Below, in pieces: positions 42,460-52,335 of a stretch of 64,000 bases of DNA. The stretch comes from a bacterium (GTDB lineage: Bacteria; Myxococcota_A; UBA9160; UBA6930), in contig JAAETT010000546.1 in assembly GCA_024228115.1 (NCBI GenBank), forward strand, positions 4,109-68,108. Direction: 5' to 3'. The position numbers and the translations under genes are program-made. The notes beneath the pieces are model-generated. The model was given only the letters and a program-made list of their open reading frames with translations, was not told the DNA's origin and ran no database searches. Position 1 is the stretch's first letter. Each line of letters opens with the position of its first letter.

Positions 42460-42483
42460 TTGCCAGTTAACGTTAGATGGCAA
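42460..42483. promoter_or_regulatory. Inverted repeat, candidate operator of the MerR regulator
   Basis: TTGCCA-GT-TAACGTTA-GA-TGGCAA; 10 of 12 positions per arm are complementary; 20 nt upstream of the regulator ATG. Confidence 0.65.
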
Positions 42484-42580
42484 CCTTAGCAAAGGACTCA
42501 GAGTCACCAACCCCGCCACGCCCTCTCCTGCCCTGCTTCGGCTCGTCCACCAGATGCCCGGAAACGCCTAGTTTGAGCCT

Positions 42581-43477
42581 GTGTTGCGAAATCCTGCTGC
42601 CCTGGCCAAGCGCGCCCTCGTGGGCGCAGGCATGGAGCCCGATACCCCGCTCGAACCCGCCTCGAGCATGGCCAACGATGCCTGGCTCGGGCCCGGTTTT
42701 GTGTTGCGGGTGAACTGGCGCGGCGATCTTGGCCGGCTGGCTCGTGAGGCCCAGATCGCCGAAGCCCTGGCTCCGGAGGCTCGATACCCCGGCGTGTTGA
42801 CCCATGGGAACGACGGAGAGATCGAGTGGATCGTGACGAAGCGGGTCGCGGGTGCCCAACTGGCTCGCGCCTGGCTGGAGTTGACTGCCGAGGAGCGCAA
42901 GCGAGCGATTCGCGCCCTCGTCTCAGCGCTGCGGGCGCTGCACCAGACCCGAGCGCCTCACCTTCCCGGCGATCGCGATCTATCGCCCCCGCATGTGCTT
43001 CCCCTCGACCGCTTGCTGGATCTGCTGCGGCGCGCCGCCAGCACCGCTCCCCTGGATGCTGGCTTTGCCGAAGAGATCGAAGCGTTTCTGGTAGACCGCT
43101 GGCCAGCCTTCGACGACCGCGGGCGGGGGCTCGTCCACGGTGACCCGCACCTGGAGAACGTGCTCTGGGATGGCACCGACGTGTGGCTGTTGGATCTCGA
43201 ATGGTCGCGCCGCTCTTGGCTCGAAGTCGACCTGGAGATCCTGCTCTCGGTATGCGACCACCCCGCGCTCTTCGTTTCCGACGAGTACGCGGCCCTCGCG
43301 CGGGCTGAGGACTACCGCGAAGTACCCGACTGGCTGCGCGATGCCTACCCCGAACTCTTCTCCCACCCTCGGCGAGAAGACCGGCTGGCGGTGCTGCACA
43401 TCGCGCGCACGCTCACGCACAACCCGCTCAGCTCCCTGCGCCTGCAGCATCTGCGCAACGTCCTGGAGAAGCGCTGA
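42581..43477 (+). CDS. Aminoglycoside phosphotransferase/choline kinase-like protein
   Basis: Brenner motif LVHGDPHLENVLW and Mg-binding LLDLEW; start uncertain (GTG 42581 or ATG 42632). Confidence 0.8.
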   Translation: MLRNPAALAKRALVGAGMEPDTPLEPASSMANDAWLGPGFVLRVNWRGDLGRLAREAQIAEALAPEARYPGVLTHGNDGEIEWIVTKRVAGAQLARAWLELTAEERKRAIRALVSALRALHQTRAPHLPGDRDLSPPHVLPLDRLLDLLRRAASTAPLDAGFAEEIEAFLVDRWPAFDDRGRGLVHGDPHLENVLWDGTDVWLLDLEWSRRSWLEVDLEILLSVCDHPALFVSDEYAALARAEDYREVPDWLRDAYPELFSHPRREDRLAVLHIARTLTHNPLSSLRLQHLRNVLEKR

Positions 43478-43501
43478 CGGTTGGCCGCACTTGCCCGCTG
43501 T

Positions 43502-44404
43502 CTAGCTCTTCTCCGCCCGCCCGCCGCCGAGCGCCCGAAACACGCGACCGGGCAACGGGCGCCCGAGTTGCTCCTCGATCCAACTCGTGGCTTCGACCAG
43601 CGCTCGAAGGTCGATCCCGGTGTCGATGCCTTCGCGCTCGAGGAGATCGACCACGTCCTCGGTTGCGACATTCCCCGAGGCTCCCGGGGCGTAGGGGCAC
43701 CCACCGAGGCCACCTAACGACGTATCGAAGATGCGGATGCCTTCTTCGAGCCCGGCCTGCAGGTTGGCGAGGGCCCGGCCGTAGGTATCGTGGGGATGGA
43801 GCGCGATTCGCTCGAGGGGCACGACCTCACGCACGGCTCGGATCACCCGCCGCACCTGATCGGGCGTGCCGATTCCGATCGTATCTCCCAGGGAGATCTC
43901 CTCGGCACCCATCGCATCGAGCCGCCGAACCAGTTCGACCACCGCCTCGGCCGCGACGTCTCCCTCGTAGGGACATCCACAAACCGTGCTGACGTAGCAG
44001 CGCAGGCCCGCACCGGACGCGAGGATCTGTTCTGCGACCGGCTTGAAGCGCTCCAGGTGCTCCTCGACCCCCCGGTTCACGTTCTTGCGGTTGTGGGTCT
44101 CGCTCGCGGAGACGAAAAAGGCAGCGTCATCCAGCGCGGTCCCCTGGAAGCGTTCGAAGCCACTGGCGTTGGGAACCAGCGCCGAGTAACGGACGCCCGG
44201 TCTCCGGACGAGCCCGGCAACGACCTCGTCTGCATCCGCGAGTTGCGGAATCCACTTCGGGGACACGAAGGAAGTGACCTCGATCGACGTGAGCCCGGCC
44301 TCCGCCAGCCGGGCCAACAACTCCAACTTCGCGGCCGTGGCCAACGTGCCGGGCTCATTCTGGAGCCCGTCACGCGCCCCGACCTCGTGGATCCGGACCT
44401 GCAG
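43502..44404 (-). CDS. hmgL: Hydroxymethylglutaryl-CoA lyase
   Basis: EVGARDGLQNE, SFVSPKWIPQ, SLGDTIG, LHPHDTYG, GCPYAPGASGNVATED. The start appears to be CTG at 44404. Confidence 0.92.
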   Translation of the reverse strand: MQVRIHEVGARDGLQNEPGTLATAAKLELLARLAEAGLTSIEVTSFVSPKWIPQLADADEVVAGLVRRPGVRYSALVPNASGFERFQGTALDDAAFFVSASETHNRKNVNRGVEEHLERFKPVAEQILASGAGLRCYVSTVCGCPYEGDVAAEAVVELVRRLDAMGAEEISLGDTIGIGTPDQVRRVIRAVREVVPLERIALHPHDTYGRALANLQAGLEEGIRIFDTSLGGLGGCPYAPGASGNVATEDVVDLLEREGIDTGIDLRALVEATSWIEEQLGRPLPGRVFRALGGGRAEKS

Positions 44405-44415
44405 GGGTTGGCGCC

Positions 44416-45651
44416 CTAGACGCCGACGATGAAGCTGACGCTCGTCGTCCCGCTGCCGCCGATGTTGAGGGTCTGGATGTTCTTCGCGCCCTCGACCTGA
44501 TAGTCGCCGGCCGCATCCGTCACCTGGAGGGTGGCATCGAGAAGCTGGCGGACGCCCGTGGCACCCACCGGGTGCCCGGCGCCAATCAGGCCGCCGCTCG
44601 GGTTGATCGGAATCTTGCCGTCGATCTCGAGCCAGCCGGCCTCGACGGCCTTCCAGCTCTCGCCCGGCTCGGTGATCCCGAAGTGGTCGATCGCCATGTA
44701 CTCGGAGGTCGTGAAGCAATCGTGGGTCTCGATGGCGTCGATCCCGCTGACGTCCGGAACCCCGGCACGCTCCATCGCGCTGGTGATCGTGCTGCGAACG
44801 TGGGGCAGCACGTATCGATCGCCGGCGCTCTCGGCGACCTTGTCGTCGAAACGCAGGCGGGCGGTGTTGTGGCCCCAGCCCTTGATGCGCGGGATGTCCT
44901 CGAGCTTCTTGCCCATGCCCTTGGCGTATTTCTCCGCGTACTCGCGGGAAGCCAGGAACATGCAGACGGCGCCGTCGGTCACCTGGGAGCAGTCCGCAAT
45001 CCGGATGCGTCCACCGACCGACGCGTTGTCATCGGTGCGGCAGAGAGCGTGCTCCTTGTTCATGTACCAGGTGCGCGTCTGTGCGTTCGGGTTGAGCTTG
45101 GCGTTGTCGTAGTTCAGCCGGCTGATCTCGGCCAGGTGCTCATCCTTCAGCCCGTAGCGCTTGTCGTACTCATCGCCGAGCCGTCCGAAGAGCTTCGGGA
45201 ACGGGAATTCGATGCCCTTCGCCTCGTCCTCGTACCAGGCGGCGGTTCCCAGATAGGCTCCGCCTTCGGCCGCGCTGACCGTCTTCATCTGCTCGATGCC
45301 GACGACGGCCTGGAGGTCGTAGCGCCCCGCTTCGATCTCGGCTGCAGCGGCGAGCAGCGCGATGCTGCCCGATGCGCAGGCGGCCTCGTGGCGCCCGGTC
45401 GGAAGGCCGCTGAAGGCCGGATGGACCTCGGTGAAGAACGCGCCGAGGTGGCCCTGCATACAGTAGAGCCCTGCGGCGAAGTTGCCGACGTGAGCGCTCT
45501 CGATCTCTTCCGGAGCGATTTCCGTGCGTTCCAGTGCGCCCAGAACGGACTCACGCATCAGCGCAGAGAAGTGTTTGTTCTCCTTGGTCCAATTCCGACC
45601 GAAATCGGTCTGGTAGCCGCCAATCACATAGACTTCGGAACCCGCTGCCAT
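44416..45651 (-). CDS. Acetyl-CoA acyltransferase (SCP2-type thiolase-like)
   Basis: [10 protein letters not shown] catalytic Cys, [24 protein letters not shown]. Confidence 0.9.
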   Translation of the reverse strand: MAAGSEVYVIGGYQTDFGRNWTKENKHFSALMRESVLGALERTEIAPEEIESAHVGNFAAGLYCMQGHLGAFFTEVHPAFSGLPTGRHEAACASGSIALLAAAAEIEAGRYDLQAVVGIEQMKTVSAAEGGAYLGTAAWYEDEAKGIEFPFPKLFGRLGDEYDKRYGLKDEHLAEISRLNYDNAKLNPNAQTRTWYMNKEHALCRTDDNASVGGRIRIADCSQVTDGAVCMFLASREYAEKYAKGMGKKLEDIPRIKGWGHNTARLRFDDKVAESAGDRYVLPHVRSTITSAMERAGVPDVSGIDAIETHDCFTTSEYMAIDHFGITEPGESWKAVEAGWLEIDGKIPINPSGGLIGAGHPVGATGVRQLLDATLQVTDAAGDYQVEGAKNIQTLNIGGSGTTSVSFIVGV

Positions 45652-45670
45652 GGAAACCTCCTGCTCGCGC

Positions 45671-47017
45671 CTAGCTGGCGACGAAGAATCGTCCGGGATT
45701 GATGTGGTTATGCTGGAAGAACCGCTCCGGGGAGCCGCTGCGCGCCGCTTCCTCCAGGATCTTCGGCACCGGCAACCCGGCGTTGGCGATCATGTCGACC
45801 GCGGCCTGCTTGCCCATGGTATCGACGAGCACCGAGGGCGGCGCCCAGTTGAAGCCCATGCCCATGATCCGGTCGACACCGTTGATCGTTGCGGTCACCT
45901 CGCCGACCCGATGGAAGGCGTAGCTGATGTAGCCGGCGATCACCTTGCGAGCGAGCGCGGCGTACTCGCCTTCGGCATCCAGGAAGATCTGGACACCTTC
46001 TTCGTAACGCCCCTGGGAATACATGGCCGAGACATCGTCGATGTACGAGAGGTTCGGCAGCTTGACCTCCGCCTCCGGCTTGTAGTCACCGCTCACGGGA
46101 TCGAGGACGTGGCGAACCTTGTCCTCCTTCCAGAAGAAGCCGCGGCCGGTCTTGTTGCCGAGCACACCGCGCTCCATGAGCTTGTCCATGAACGCAGGCA
46201 GCTTGTTCGTCTCGTGGGCCTCGTCCCGGGTCTTCTCGTAGACGTTGTCGACGATCGCCCGGTGGATGTCCCAGCCGACCAGATCGATGGTCGCGAGCGG
46301 AGTCATCGCGCGGCCGGTGTACGGCCCGATGAGCCGATCGATGAGCACCGGACCGTGCTCTTCCGCCAACTGCGCGGCCTCGTTGAGCACCTTGAAGCCC
46401 ACCCGATTACCGGCGAAGGCCGGAGTATCGGCCGTGCGGATGATCTCGCGGCCGAGGCGAGCCCTGGAGTAGGCCTCTATGAAATCGACGAGCTCCGGAT
46501 CCGTATCGTCGCCGGGGATCAGCTCCGTCCCGACGATCACGTTCGGCGGATTGAAGAAGTGGAGGCCCATGAAGTTCTTCCGGAACGAATCACCGCGGCC
46601 TTCGCAGAGCGCGTTGATCGAGAGGCCGGAAGTCACGGTGGCCACGATCGAATCGTCCCGGCGGACCTTCTCCACCTTGTCGAAGATCGCCTTCTTGACG
46701 TCGAAGTCCTCGGTGAGGGCCTCGAAGATCAGGTCCGCGCTGCCCACGGCACCGTCGAACTCATGGTCGTAGTCGCCGACCTCGACCCGAGAGGCCACGG
46801 TGGGCGAGCGCACCTGCTTGACGGCTGCGCCCAGGCCTTCTTCGGCTTTGGCCTTGGTACGCGCAAGAAAGGTGACCTTGGGCACGGCCTGGGTGAACAA
46901 GGCGCCACTGCCGTAGCCCATGGTTCCGTTGGCCCCCAGAACGACGACGTGCTCGATCTTTCGGCTGCGGACGAGCTTGCGGACCTCGGCGTAGGTGAGT
47001 TGCTGGCTGGCGGACAT
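45671..47017 (-). CDS. 3-hydroxyacyl-CoA dehydrogenase family protein
   Basis: Rossmann [49 protein letters not shown]. Confidence 0.88.
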   Translation of the reverse strand: MSASQQLTYAEVRKLVRSRKIEHVVVLGANGTMGYGSGALFTQAVPKVTFLARTKAKAEEGLGAAVKQVRSPTVASRVEVGDYDHEFDGAVGSADLIFEALTEDFDVKKAIFDKVEKVRRDDSIVATVTSGLSINALCEGRGDSFRKNFMGLHFFNPPNVIVGTELIPGDDTDPELVDFIEAYSRARLGREIIRTADTPAFAGNRVGFKVLNEAAQLAEEHGPVLIDRLIGPYTGRAMTPLATIDLVGWDIHRAIVDNVYEKTRDEAHETNKLPAFMDKLMERGVLGNKTGRGFFWKEDKVRHVLDPVSGDYKPEAEVKLPNLSYIDDVSAMYSQGRYEEGVQIFLDAEGEYAALARKVIAGYISYAFHRVGEVTATINGVDRIMGMGFNWAPPSVLVDTMGKQAAVDMIANAGLPVPKILEEAARSGSPERFFQHNHINPGRFFVAS

Positions 47018-47213
47018 GAACGGGTGCTCCTAGCGGGGCCTCGGGCCCAGAACGTTGGGTCCGCGCTGCCACCGGCGTCACATCCCCGGGGGCACCCTAC
47101 AGTGCAAGAACGGGGGGAGATCCGGACGGAACACGGCCGAAACGGGCCAACCCTAACCCACGGGGGAGAGTGGCGTCAAATGTGCCAATAGTCTGGCGAC
47201 GCGTGACTCCTAG

Positions 47214-48071
47214 TCAATGATATCCCAGGGATTTCAAGCGGTTGGGCCGTTTCGTCCAGCGCGGCTCGACCTTCACCCAGAGCTCCAGATGGACCCGGGT
47301 TTCGAGCATTTCGGCCAGGGCATGACGCGCTGCGGTGCCGATCCGCCGGATCATCTGACCGCCCTTCCCGACCACCATTCCCTTCTGGGATTTCTTCTCC
47401 ACGAGAAGTGTGGCCTGAATCCGGGTCAAGGTCGGGTCGCTCTCATCGAAGGCTTCGATCTCGACCGCCGTCTCGTAGGGCAGCTCCTGCTCGAGCGCTT
47501 CGAACACGGCCTCGCGGATCAGTTCCGCCGCCAGGAAGCGCATGGAGCGATCCGTCACCGATTCGGCGTCATAGTAGGCGGGGCCTTCTGGAAGATGGCC
47601 TACCAACGCCTCGACGAACGCCTCGATGCCGTCCCCCGTCTTCGCGGAGATCTGGAAGTCGGCGGGCACGCGTTCCGACGGCGGGCCGAGATCGCATTGG
47701 GTGGCCACCACGACCACCTCGGCTTTGCGTGCCTTCAAGCGTTCGAGAAGGGCCGCATGCCCCTCGTCCCAACCTCGTCGGGCTTCGACCAGGATCACCG
47801 CGACGTCGCAATCTTCGGCCACTTCATCGACGACTTCGTTGAGGAGACGGTTCAGAGCTTTCGGGCTCTCGTGGAAGCCCGGTGTATCGAGAAGCAAGAG
47901 CTGGGCATCATCGCGGGTGAGAATGCCGAGAATTCGGCTGCGGGTGGTCTGGGGCTTGGACGTGACGATCGCCAGCTTCTGACCAAGCAGGCGGTTCAGC
48001 AGTGTCGACTTCCCTGCGTTCGGGCGACCTAGCAAGGCCACCACACCAGACCGATGAGGTCGTTCAGCCAT
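47214..48071 (-). CDS. era: GTPase Era
   Basis: GRPNAGKSTLLN, QTTR, DTPG, ISAK; C-terminal KH domain (ELPY...KGMVVGKGGQMIRRIG...LELWVKV). Confidence 0.96.
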   Translation of the reverse strand: MAERPHRSGVVALLGRPNAGKSTLLNRLLGQKLAIVTSKPQTTRSRILGILTRDDAQLLLLDTPGFHESPKALNRLLNEVVDEVAEDCDVAVILVEARRGWDEGHAALLERLKARKAEVVVVATQCDLGPPSERVPADFQISAKTGDGIEAFVEALVGHLPEGPAYYDAESVTDRSMRFLAAELIREAVFEALEQELPYETAVEIEAFDESDPTLTRIQATLLVEKKSQKGMVVGKGGQMIRRIGTAARHALAEMLETRVHLELWVKVEPRWTKRPNRLKSLGYH

Positions 48072-48777
48072 CGGCGGCATCCCGCCCTGCGGCTCGATCC
48101 AGGGCGGCACTCGCCGCCGCCCGTTCCGCCGCCCGCTTCGTTCGCCCCTTGCCTTCCCCCCAGCACTCCTCGCCGACGAGGGCCGCTACCAGGAAGCGAT
48201 CCTCGGAATGCTCTTCACCACTATCGGCGAGGGGCTCGTAACGCGGAGTCTCCCGCAGAACGGCGTGGGCCCATTCCTGGAAGCGGGTCTTCGGATCCTG
48301 CTCCAACACCGCACGTCCCGAAGCCAGGGGTTCCGCGAAGGCCCGTTTCGTAAAACTGAAGACCTTCTCGATGCCCGCATCCAGGTAGAGACCGCCGATC
48401 ACCGCCTCCAGGAGATTGGCGAGAACACGGCTCTTCTCTGCACCGCCGGACTGGAGTTCGGTTCGCCCGAGGCGGATGTACTCGCCGAGCCCGAGTTCTC
48501 GCGCCCGGGTGGCCAGGGATTCCGTGTTGACCATGGCCGCTCTCGCGCGGGTGAGATCCCCTTCCCGCCAATCCGGGTTCGCCTCGTAGAGCAGCCGGGC
48601 CACCACCAGATCGAGCACCGCATCGCCCAGGAATTCGAGGCGTTCGTTTCCACGCGAGCCGTCCCGCTCGTAGGCAGACGAGGGGTGGGTAAGGGCACAC
48701 TCGAGGAGTTCCTCGTCGGAGAACGTGTGCCCCAGGAGCTTCTCGAGCTCGGCGTCCGGGGCCTTTCGCGCGGTCAC
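48064..48777 (-). CDS. rnc: Ribonuclease III
   Basis: ALTHPS, NERLEFLGDAVL, EAVIGGLYLD; dsRBD DPKTRFQEW...GRTKRAAE. Confidence 0.96.
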   Translation of the reverse strand: MTARKAPDAELEKLLGHTFSDEELLECALTHPSSAYERDGSRGNERLEFLGDAVLDLVVARLLYEANPDWREGDLTRARAAMVNTESLATRARELGLGEYIRLGRTELQSGGAEKSRVLANLLEAVIGGLYLDAGIEKVFSFTKRAFAEPLASGRAVLEQDPKTRFQEWAHAVLRETPRYEPLADSGEEHSEDRFLVAALVGEECWGEGKGRTKRAAERAAASAALDRAAGRDAADG

Positions 48778-49844
48778 GGGAGTGGCCCTTCGATCCATCC
48801 GCCTCCGAGGATCTCCTCGCCGACGATGAAGACGGCGGCCTGCCCCGGCGCCAGAGCGCGCACCGGATGGTCGAAGTTCACCTCGACCGCGCCACCCTCC
48901 TGGGGCATGAGCTTTGCCGCCGCCGGTTCGTCGCGATAGCGGATCTTCACATCCGCCAGCTGGCCAGGGGGCGGTGGTTGCCCGCAGGTCCATGAGACGC
49001 CGCCCACCCGGGCTCCGGAGCTGCCGAGCTCCTCCACCGGGCCGACCACCACGCGGTTGTTCTCAGGATCGAGCGCCTGCACATAACGAGGCTCCGGCGC
49101 GGTCACGCCGAGGCCCCTGCGCTGGCCGACCGTGAAATGGTGAATGCCCGAGTGCCGCCCCAGCACCTTCCCCTTGGCGTCCACGACCTCGCCCTCCCCG
49201 GGAAGACTTCCAGGCCGAAGCTCTTCGACCACCCTCGCATAGTCGCCGTCGGGCACGAAACAGATTTCCTGGCTCTCGGGCTTCTCGGCCGTCGCGAGGC
49301 CCATCGCCCTGGCCTTCTCGCGTACTTCCTCCTTACGCAGGGCTCCAAGCGGGAAGCGGATGCGCGCAAGCTGCTCCGGAACGAGATCGAAAAGGAAGTA
49401 GGACTGGTCTTTCGCAGGATCCACACCCCGGAGCAATTTCGGGGGGCCGCCGGCGGGATCCGTTTCCACCCGCGCGTAGTGACCCGTCGCAACGGAATCG
49501 GCACCCAATGCCCGAGCCCGCTCCATCAGGTGATGGAACTTGAAGCGCCGATTGCAGATCACGCACGGAATCGGCGTGCGACCCTCGAGGTAGGCATCTG
49601 CGAAGGGCAGGATGACCTCTTCTCGAAAGCGATCCTTGAAGTTGGCGACGTAGAAGCGGATCCCCAGCTTGTCGGCCACGCGCCGCGCATCGTCGGCATC
49701 GTCGAGGGAGCAGCATCGACTCTCGCTGCCCGCGAGATGCATGGTCACACCGATCACTTCGTGGCCGGCCTCGACCAGCAGGGCTGCCGCGACGGAGGAA
49801 TCAACCCCACCGCTCATACCGACGACGATCCGGCCTGGGCTCAC
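48774..49844 (-). CDS. mnmA: tRNA-specific 2-thiouridylase
   Basis: MSGGVDS, CCSLDD, PCVICN, ATGHYAR, KDQSYFL, SQEICF, TVGQRRG, PGQAAV. Confidence 0.96.
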   Translation of the reverse strand: MSPGRIVVGMSGGVDSSVAAALLVEAGHEVIGVTMHLAGSESRCCSLDDADDARRVADKLGIRFYVANFKDRFREEVILPFADAYLEGRTPIPCVICNRRFKFHHLMERARALGADSVATGHYARVETDPAGGPPKLLRGVDPAKDQSYFLFDLVPEQLARIRFPLGALRKEEVREKARAMGLATAEKPESQEICFVPDGDYARVVEELRPGSLPGEGEVVDAKGKVLGRHSGIHHFTVGQRRGLGVTAPEPRYVQALDPENNRVVVGPVEELGSSGARVGGVSWTCGQPPPPGQLADVKIRYRDEPAAAKLMPQEGGAVEVNFDHPVRALAPGQAAVFIVGEEILGGGWIEGPLP

Positions 49845-50980
49845 GCCGCCACCTCGCGAGCGCGGCCTACGAGCTCGGGGAGCAAGGCGAGGACCCGATC
49901 GATTTGCGCTTCGTTCGTCCCGAGCCCGGTACTGAACCTCAACGTGCCTCGCGCCTCCTGCGGAGTTCGTCCGAGAGCCGACAATACGTGCGAAGGCTCG
50001 ATCGAACCGGATGCGCAGGCTGCGCCGGCCGAGACCGCAACGCCCTCCCCGTCCAGCATCTCCAGGAGGAGATCGCCCGCGGCACCTTCGAACTCGATGT
50101 TCAGGGTGTTCGGAAGCACATGCTCCGCCGAGCCATTGCGTCGCACGCCGGGAACGCCCGCCACGATGCCTTCCCAGAGTCGATCCCGATGCCGTGCACA
50201 CTCCGCCGCGCGAATGCCCAGATCGCGGCGCGCCAGCTCGGCGGCGCAGCCGAGGCCAACGATTCCCGCCGTGTTCTCCGTCCCACCTCGGCGCCGTTTC
50301 TCCTGGGGGCCGCCGCGGATCCAGGGCGCCAGGGGCACCCCGGAGCGAGCCCAGAGAAAGCCCGCGCCCTTCGGGCCGTAGAACTTGTGGGCCGACCCCA
50401 CGAGGCTGTCCGCGCCCAACGTCGAAACGTCCACCGGGATCTTCCCGAGGGCCTGGGTCGCATCGACATGCAGGTGCGCTCCGACACGATGGGCAATCTC
50501 GGCAATGGTGGGAATGTCTTGCACCACACCGATCTCGTTGTTGGCGAGGATCACGGCCACCAGGGCGGTGCGATCATCGACCTGCAGCCGGAGGGCGGTC
50601 AAATCGAGGCGGCCCGCCTCGTCGACGCCAATCTGCACGATCGTGGAGTCATGCTCGCCCAGAAGAGCCAGCGGCTCATCGACGGAAGGATGCTCGATCG
50701 TCGAGCTCAGGAACCGCGTGCGATCGTTGGCTCTTGCAATCGAGTGGATGGCCGTGTTGTTCGCTTCGGTGGCACTGCCCGTGAACAGGATCTCATCGAA
50801 ATCGGCTCCAACCAGTGCAGCCACCTGCTCTCGCGCGCCTTCGATGGCACGGCGGGCCCTTGCGCCTTCGATGTAGGTGCTCGAGGGGTTGCCCCAGTTT
50901 TCCCGGAGCATCTCCTGCATGGCTTCGCAGACCTCCGGATGAACCGGAGTGGTTGCATTGAAATCGAGGTAGATCCTCAC
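49841..50980 (-). CDS. iscS: Cysteine desulfurase (IscS/NifS group I)
   Basis: YLDFNATTP, NPSS, HVDATQ, SAHKFYGPKG (PLP Lys), RGGTEN, SAGAACASGS. Confidence 0.92.
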   Translation of the reverse strand: MRIYLDFNATTPVHPEVCEAMQEMLRENWGNPSSTYIEGARARRAIEGAREQVAALVGADFDEILFTGSATEANNTAIHSIARANDRTRFLSSTIEHPSVDEPLALLGEHDSTIVQIGVDEAGRLDLTALRLQVDDRTALVAVILANNEIGVVQDIPTIAEIAHRVGAHLHVDATQALGKIPVDVSTLGADSLVGSAHKFYGPKGAGFLWARSGVPLAPWIRGGPQEKRRRGGTENTAGIVGLGCAAELARRDLGIRAAECARHRDRLWEGIVAGVPGVRRNGSAEHVLPNTLNIEFEGAAGDLLLEMLDGEGVAVSAGAACASGSIEPSHVLSALGRTPQEARGTLRFSTGLGTNEAQIDRVLALLPELVGRAREVAA

Positions 50981-52323
50981 TTGCCGGATGCCAGCTGGGT
51001 GGGCTCTCCCGGGCCGCCTAGATCGAAGACGAGATCCCGCAGGCTCTTGCCCTCGGCGGCGGGCGCTGCGGCCTGATCGATCTCGGTGAGGACCGCGTTC
51101 ACCTCACGAGCCACTTCGGGGGTGCCCAACGCGACGTGGCGCTCCCCTTGAAGCGCCGTCAAGACGTCCGCGACGCGCACGTGCTCTGCCGGACGGCCCA
51201 ACTGGAAGGCACCGTGCTGATCGGCTCCGCATGGGCTCAGGATGCCATCGGCTTCGAGATCGCCAAGGATCTCACGGACCGAGCGCAGCGGAACATCCAA
51301 CGTGTCGGACAACGTGTCCGCGGTCCAGGGTTCACTCCCCTCCTCGAAGGCCTTGGCGCATTGGACGGCGATCGCGAGCCCGATCGTCTCCCGAGCCGCG
51401 GCGCCCGGGGCTTGCCCGCGCACCTCCCGGCGGTAGAGATTGAGCGTCTGATGGGCGTAGGCGACTTCGGCGCCGAAGAGCACGACGTTCCACGACCAAT
51501 AGACCCAGATCATGAAGAGCGCGACACCCGCCAGCGCACCCAGGGCGGCACCGTAACGCGATGAACCCCTGACCGTCGCGACGAACGCCACCTGGGCCAG
51601 GCCGAACAGGATCGCGGCGACACCACCACCCAGAAGCGCGGAGCGGGGCCGCACTCTCGTGTTCGGCAGGAACCAATACAGGAACGCAAACGCCAGCAGT
51701 GAGAGGAGGAGCGGTGCGTACTCGATCCCGGATGCGAGGAGCGCATTGACCCAGGGCACGTCGCGCATCCGCTGCACCAGCCATTGGCTCTCGATCGTCG
51801 TCCGCAGCGGAATGGCGACGCCCATCAAGATGGGCGCCACGAAGATGACCGCCATGTAGTCCGGGATCCGGCGCACCCAGGGACGCTGCTCCGGCACGCC
51901 CCAGATGGCGTTCAGGCCCTTCTCCACGCCCCCGATCTGCAGGATCGTCGTGAACAACACGACGCCGCCCGAGACGCCGCCGAGGGCCTTGAAGTTGAAC
52001 TCGCCGACCTGTTTCAGCAGGAAATCCTGCGCCTCGGGCGTCACCGCAGCAAATTTCCCGAGGAGCTGCTGCACCACTTCCGGCCCGCCGCCGATCAAGT
52101 CCACCATGGCGACGGCGATCGCCAACAAAGGCACGATCGAGATCATCGTCAGGAAGGTCAGATGATAGGCCCGCAGTGTCAGGTGGTCCTTGACGAAACC
52201 CTCGGCGATCAGGAAGCCCAATTGCACGACAGAACGGAGCCAACCAAGAGGCGCGGGTAGCGGCTCCCGGCTCCACAGGTCGTCGCGGAAGAAGGCTCGT
52301 ACGCGTTCGAAAATGGAATCCAC
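50977..52323 (-). CDS. YihY/BrkB family membrane protein with C-terminal Rrf2-like winged helix
   Basis: Multiple TM helices, LYWFLPNT, YGAALG...WVYWSWNVVLFGAE; C-terminal wHTH ending GAFQLGRPAEHVRVADVL. Confidence 0.85.
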   Translation of the reverse strand: MDSIFERVRAFFRDDLWSREPLPAPLGWLRSVVQLGFLIAEGFVKDHLTLRAYHLTFLTMISIVPLLAIAVAMVDLIGGGPEVVQQLLGKFAAVTPEAQDFLLKQVGEFNFKALGGVSGGVVLFTTILQIGGVEKGLNAIWGVPEQRPWVRRIPDYMAVIFVAPILMGVAIPLRTTIESQWLVQRMRDVPWVNALLASGIEYAPLLLSLLAFAFLYWFLPNTRVRPRSALLGGGVAAILFGLAQVAFVATVRGSSRYGAALGALAGVALFMIWVYWSWNVVLFGAEVAYAHQTLNLYRREVRGQAPGAAARETIGLAIAVQCAKAFEEGSEPWTADTLSDTLDVPLRSVREILGDLEADGILSPCGADQHGAFQLGRPAEHVRVADVLTALQGERHVALGTPEVAREVNAVLTEIDQAAAPAAEGKSLRDLVFDLGGPGEPTQLASGK

Positions 52324-52335
52324 CGCGGGAAAAGC

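Noticed and set aside
42441-42580. Cobalamin riboswitch upstream of the B12 mutase operon
   Set aside because: No B12-box was recognised, and the region is short and occupied by the dyad operator.
47150-47190. Candidate sigma70 (TTGACG-N18-TAGGGT) or sigma54-like (TTGGCAC-N7-GC) promoter for the acyl-CoA operon
   Set aside because: Both matches are partial and overlap, so neither can be supported without TSS data.
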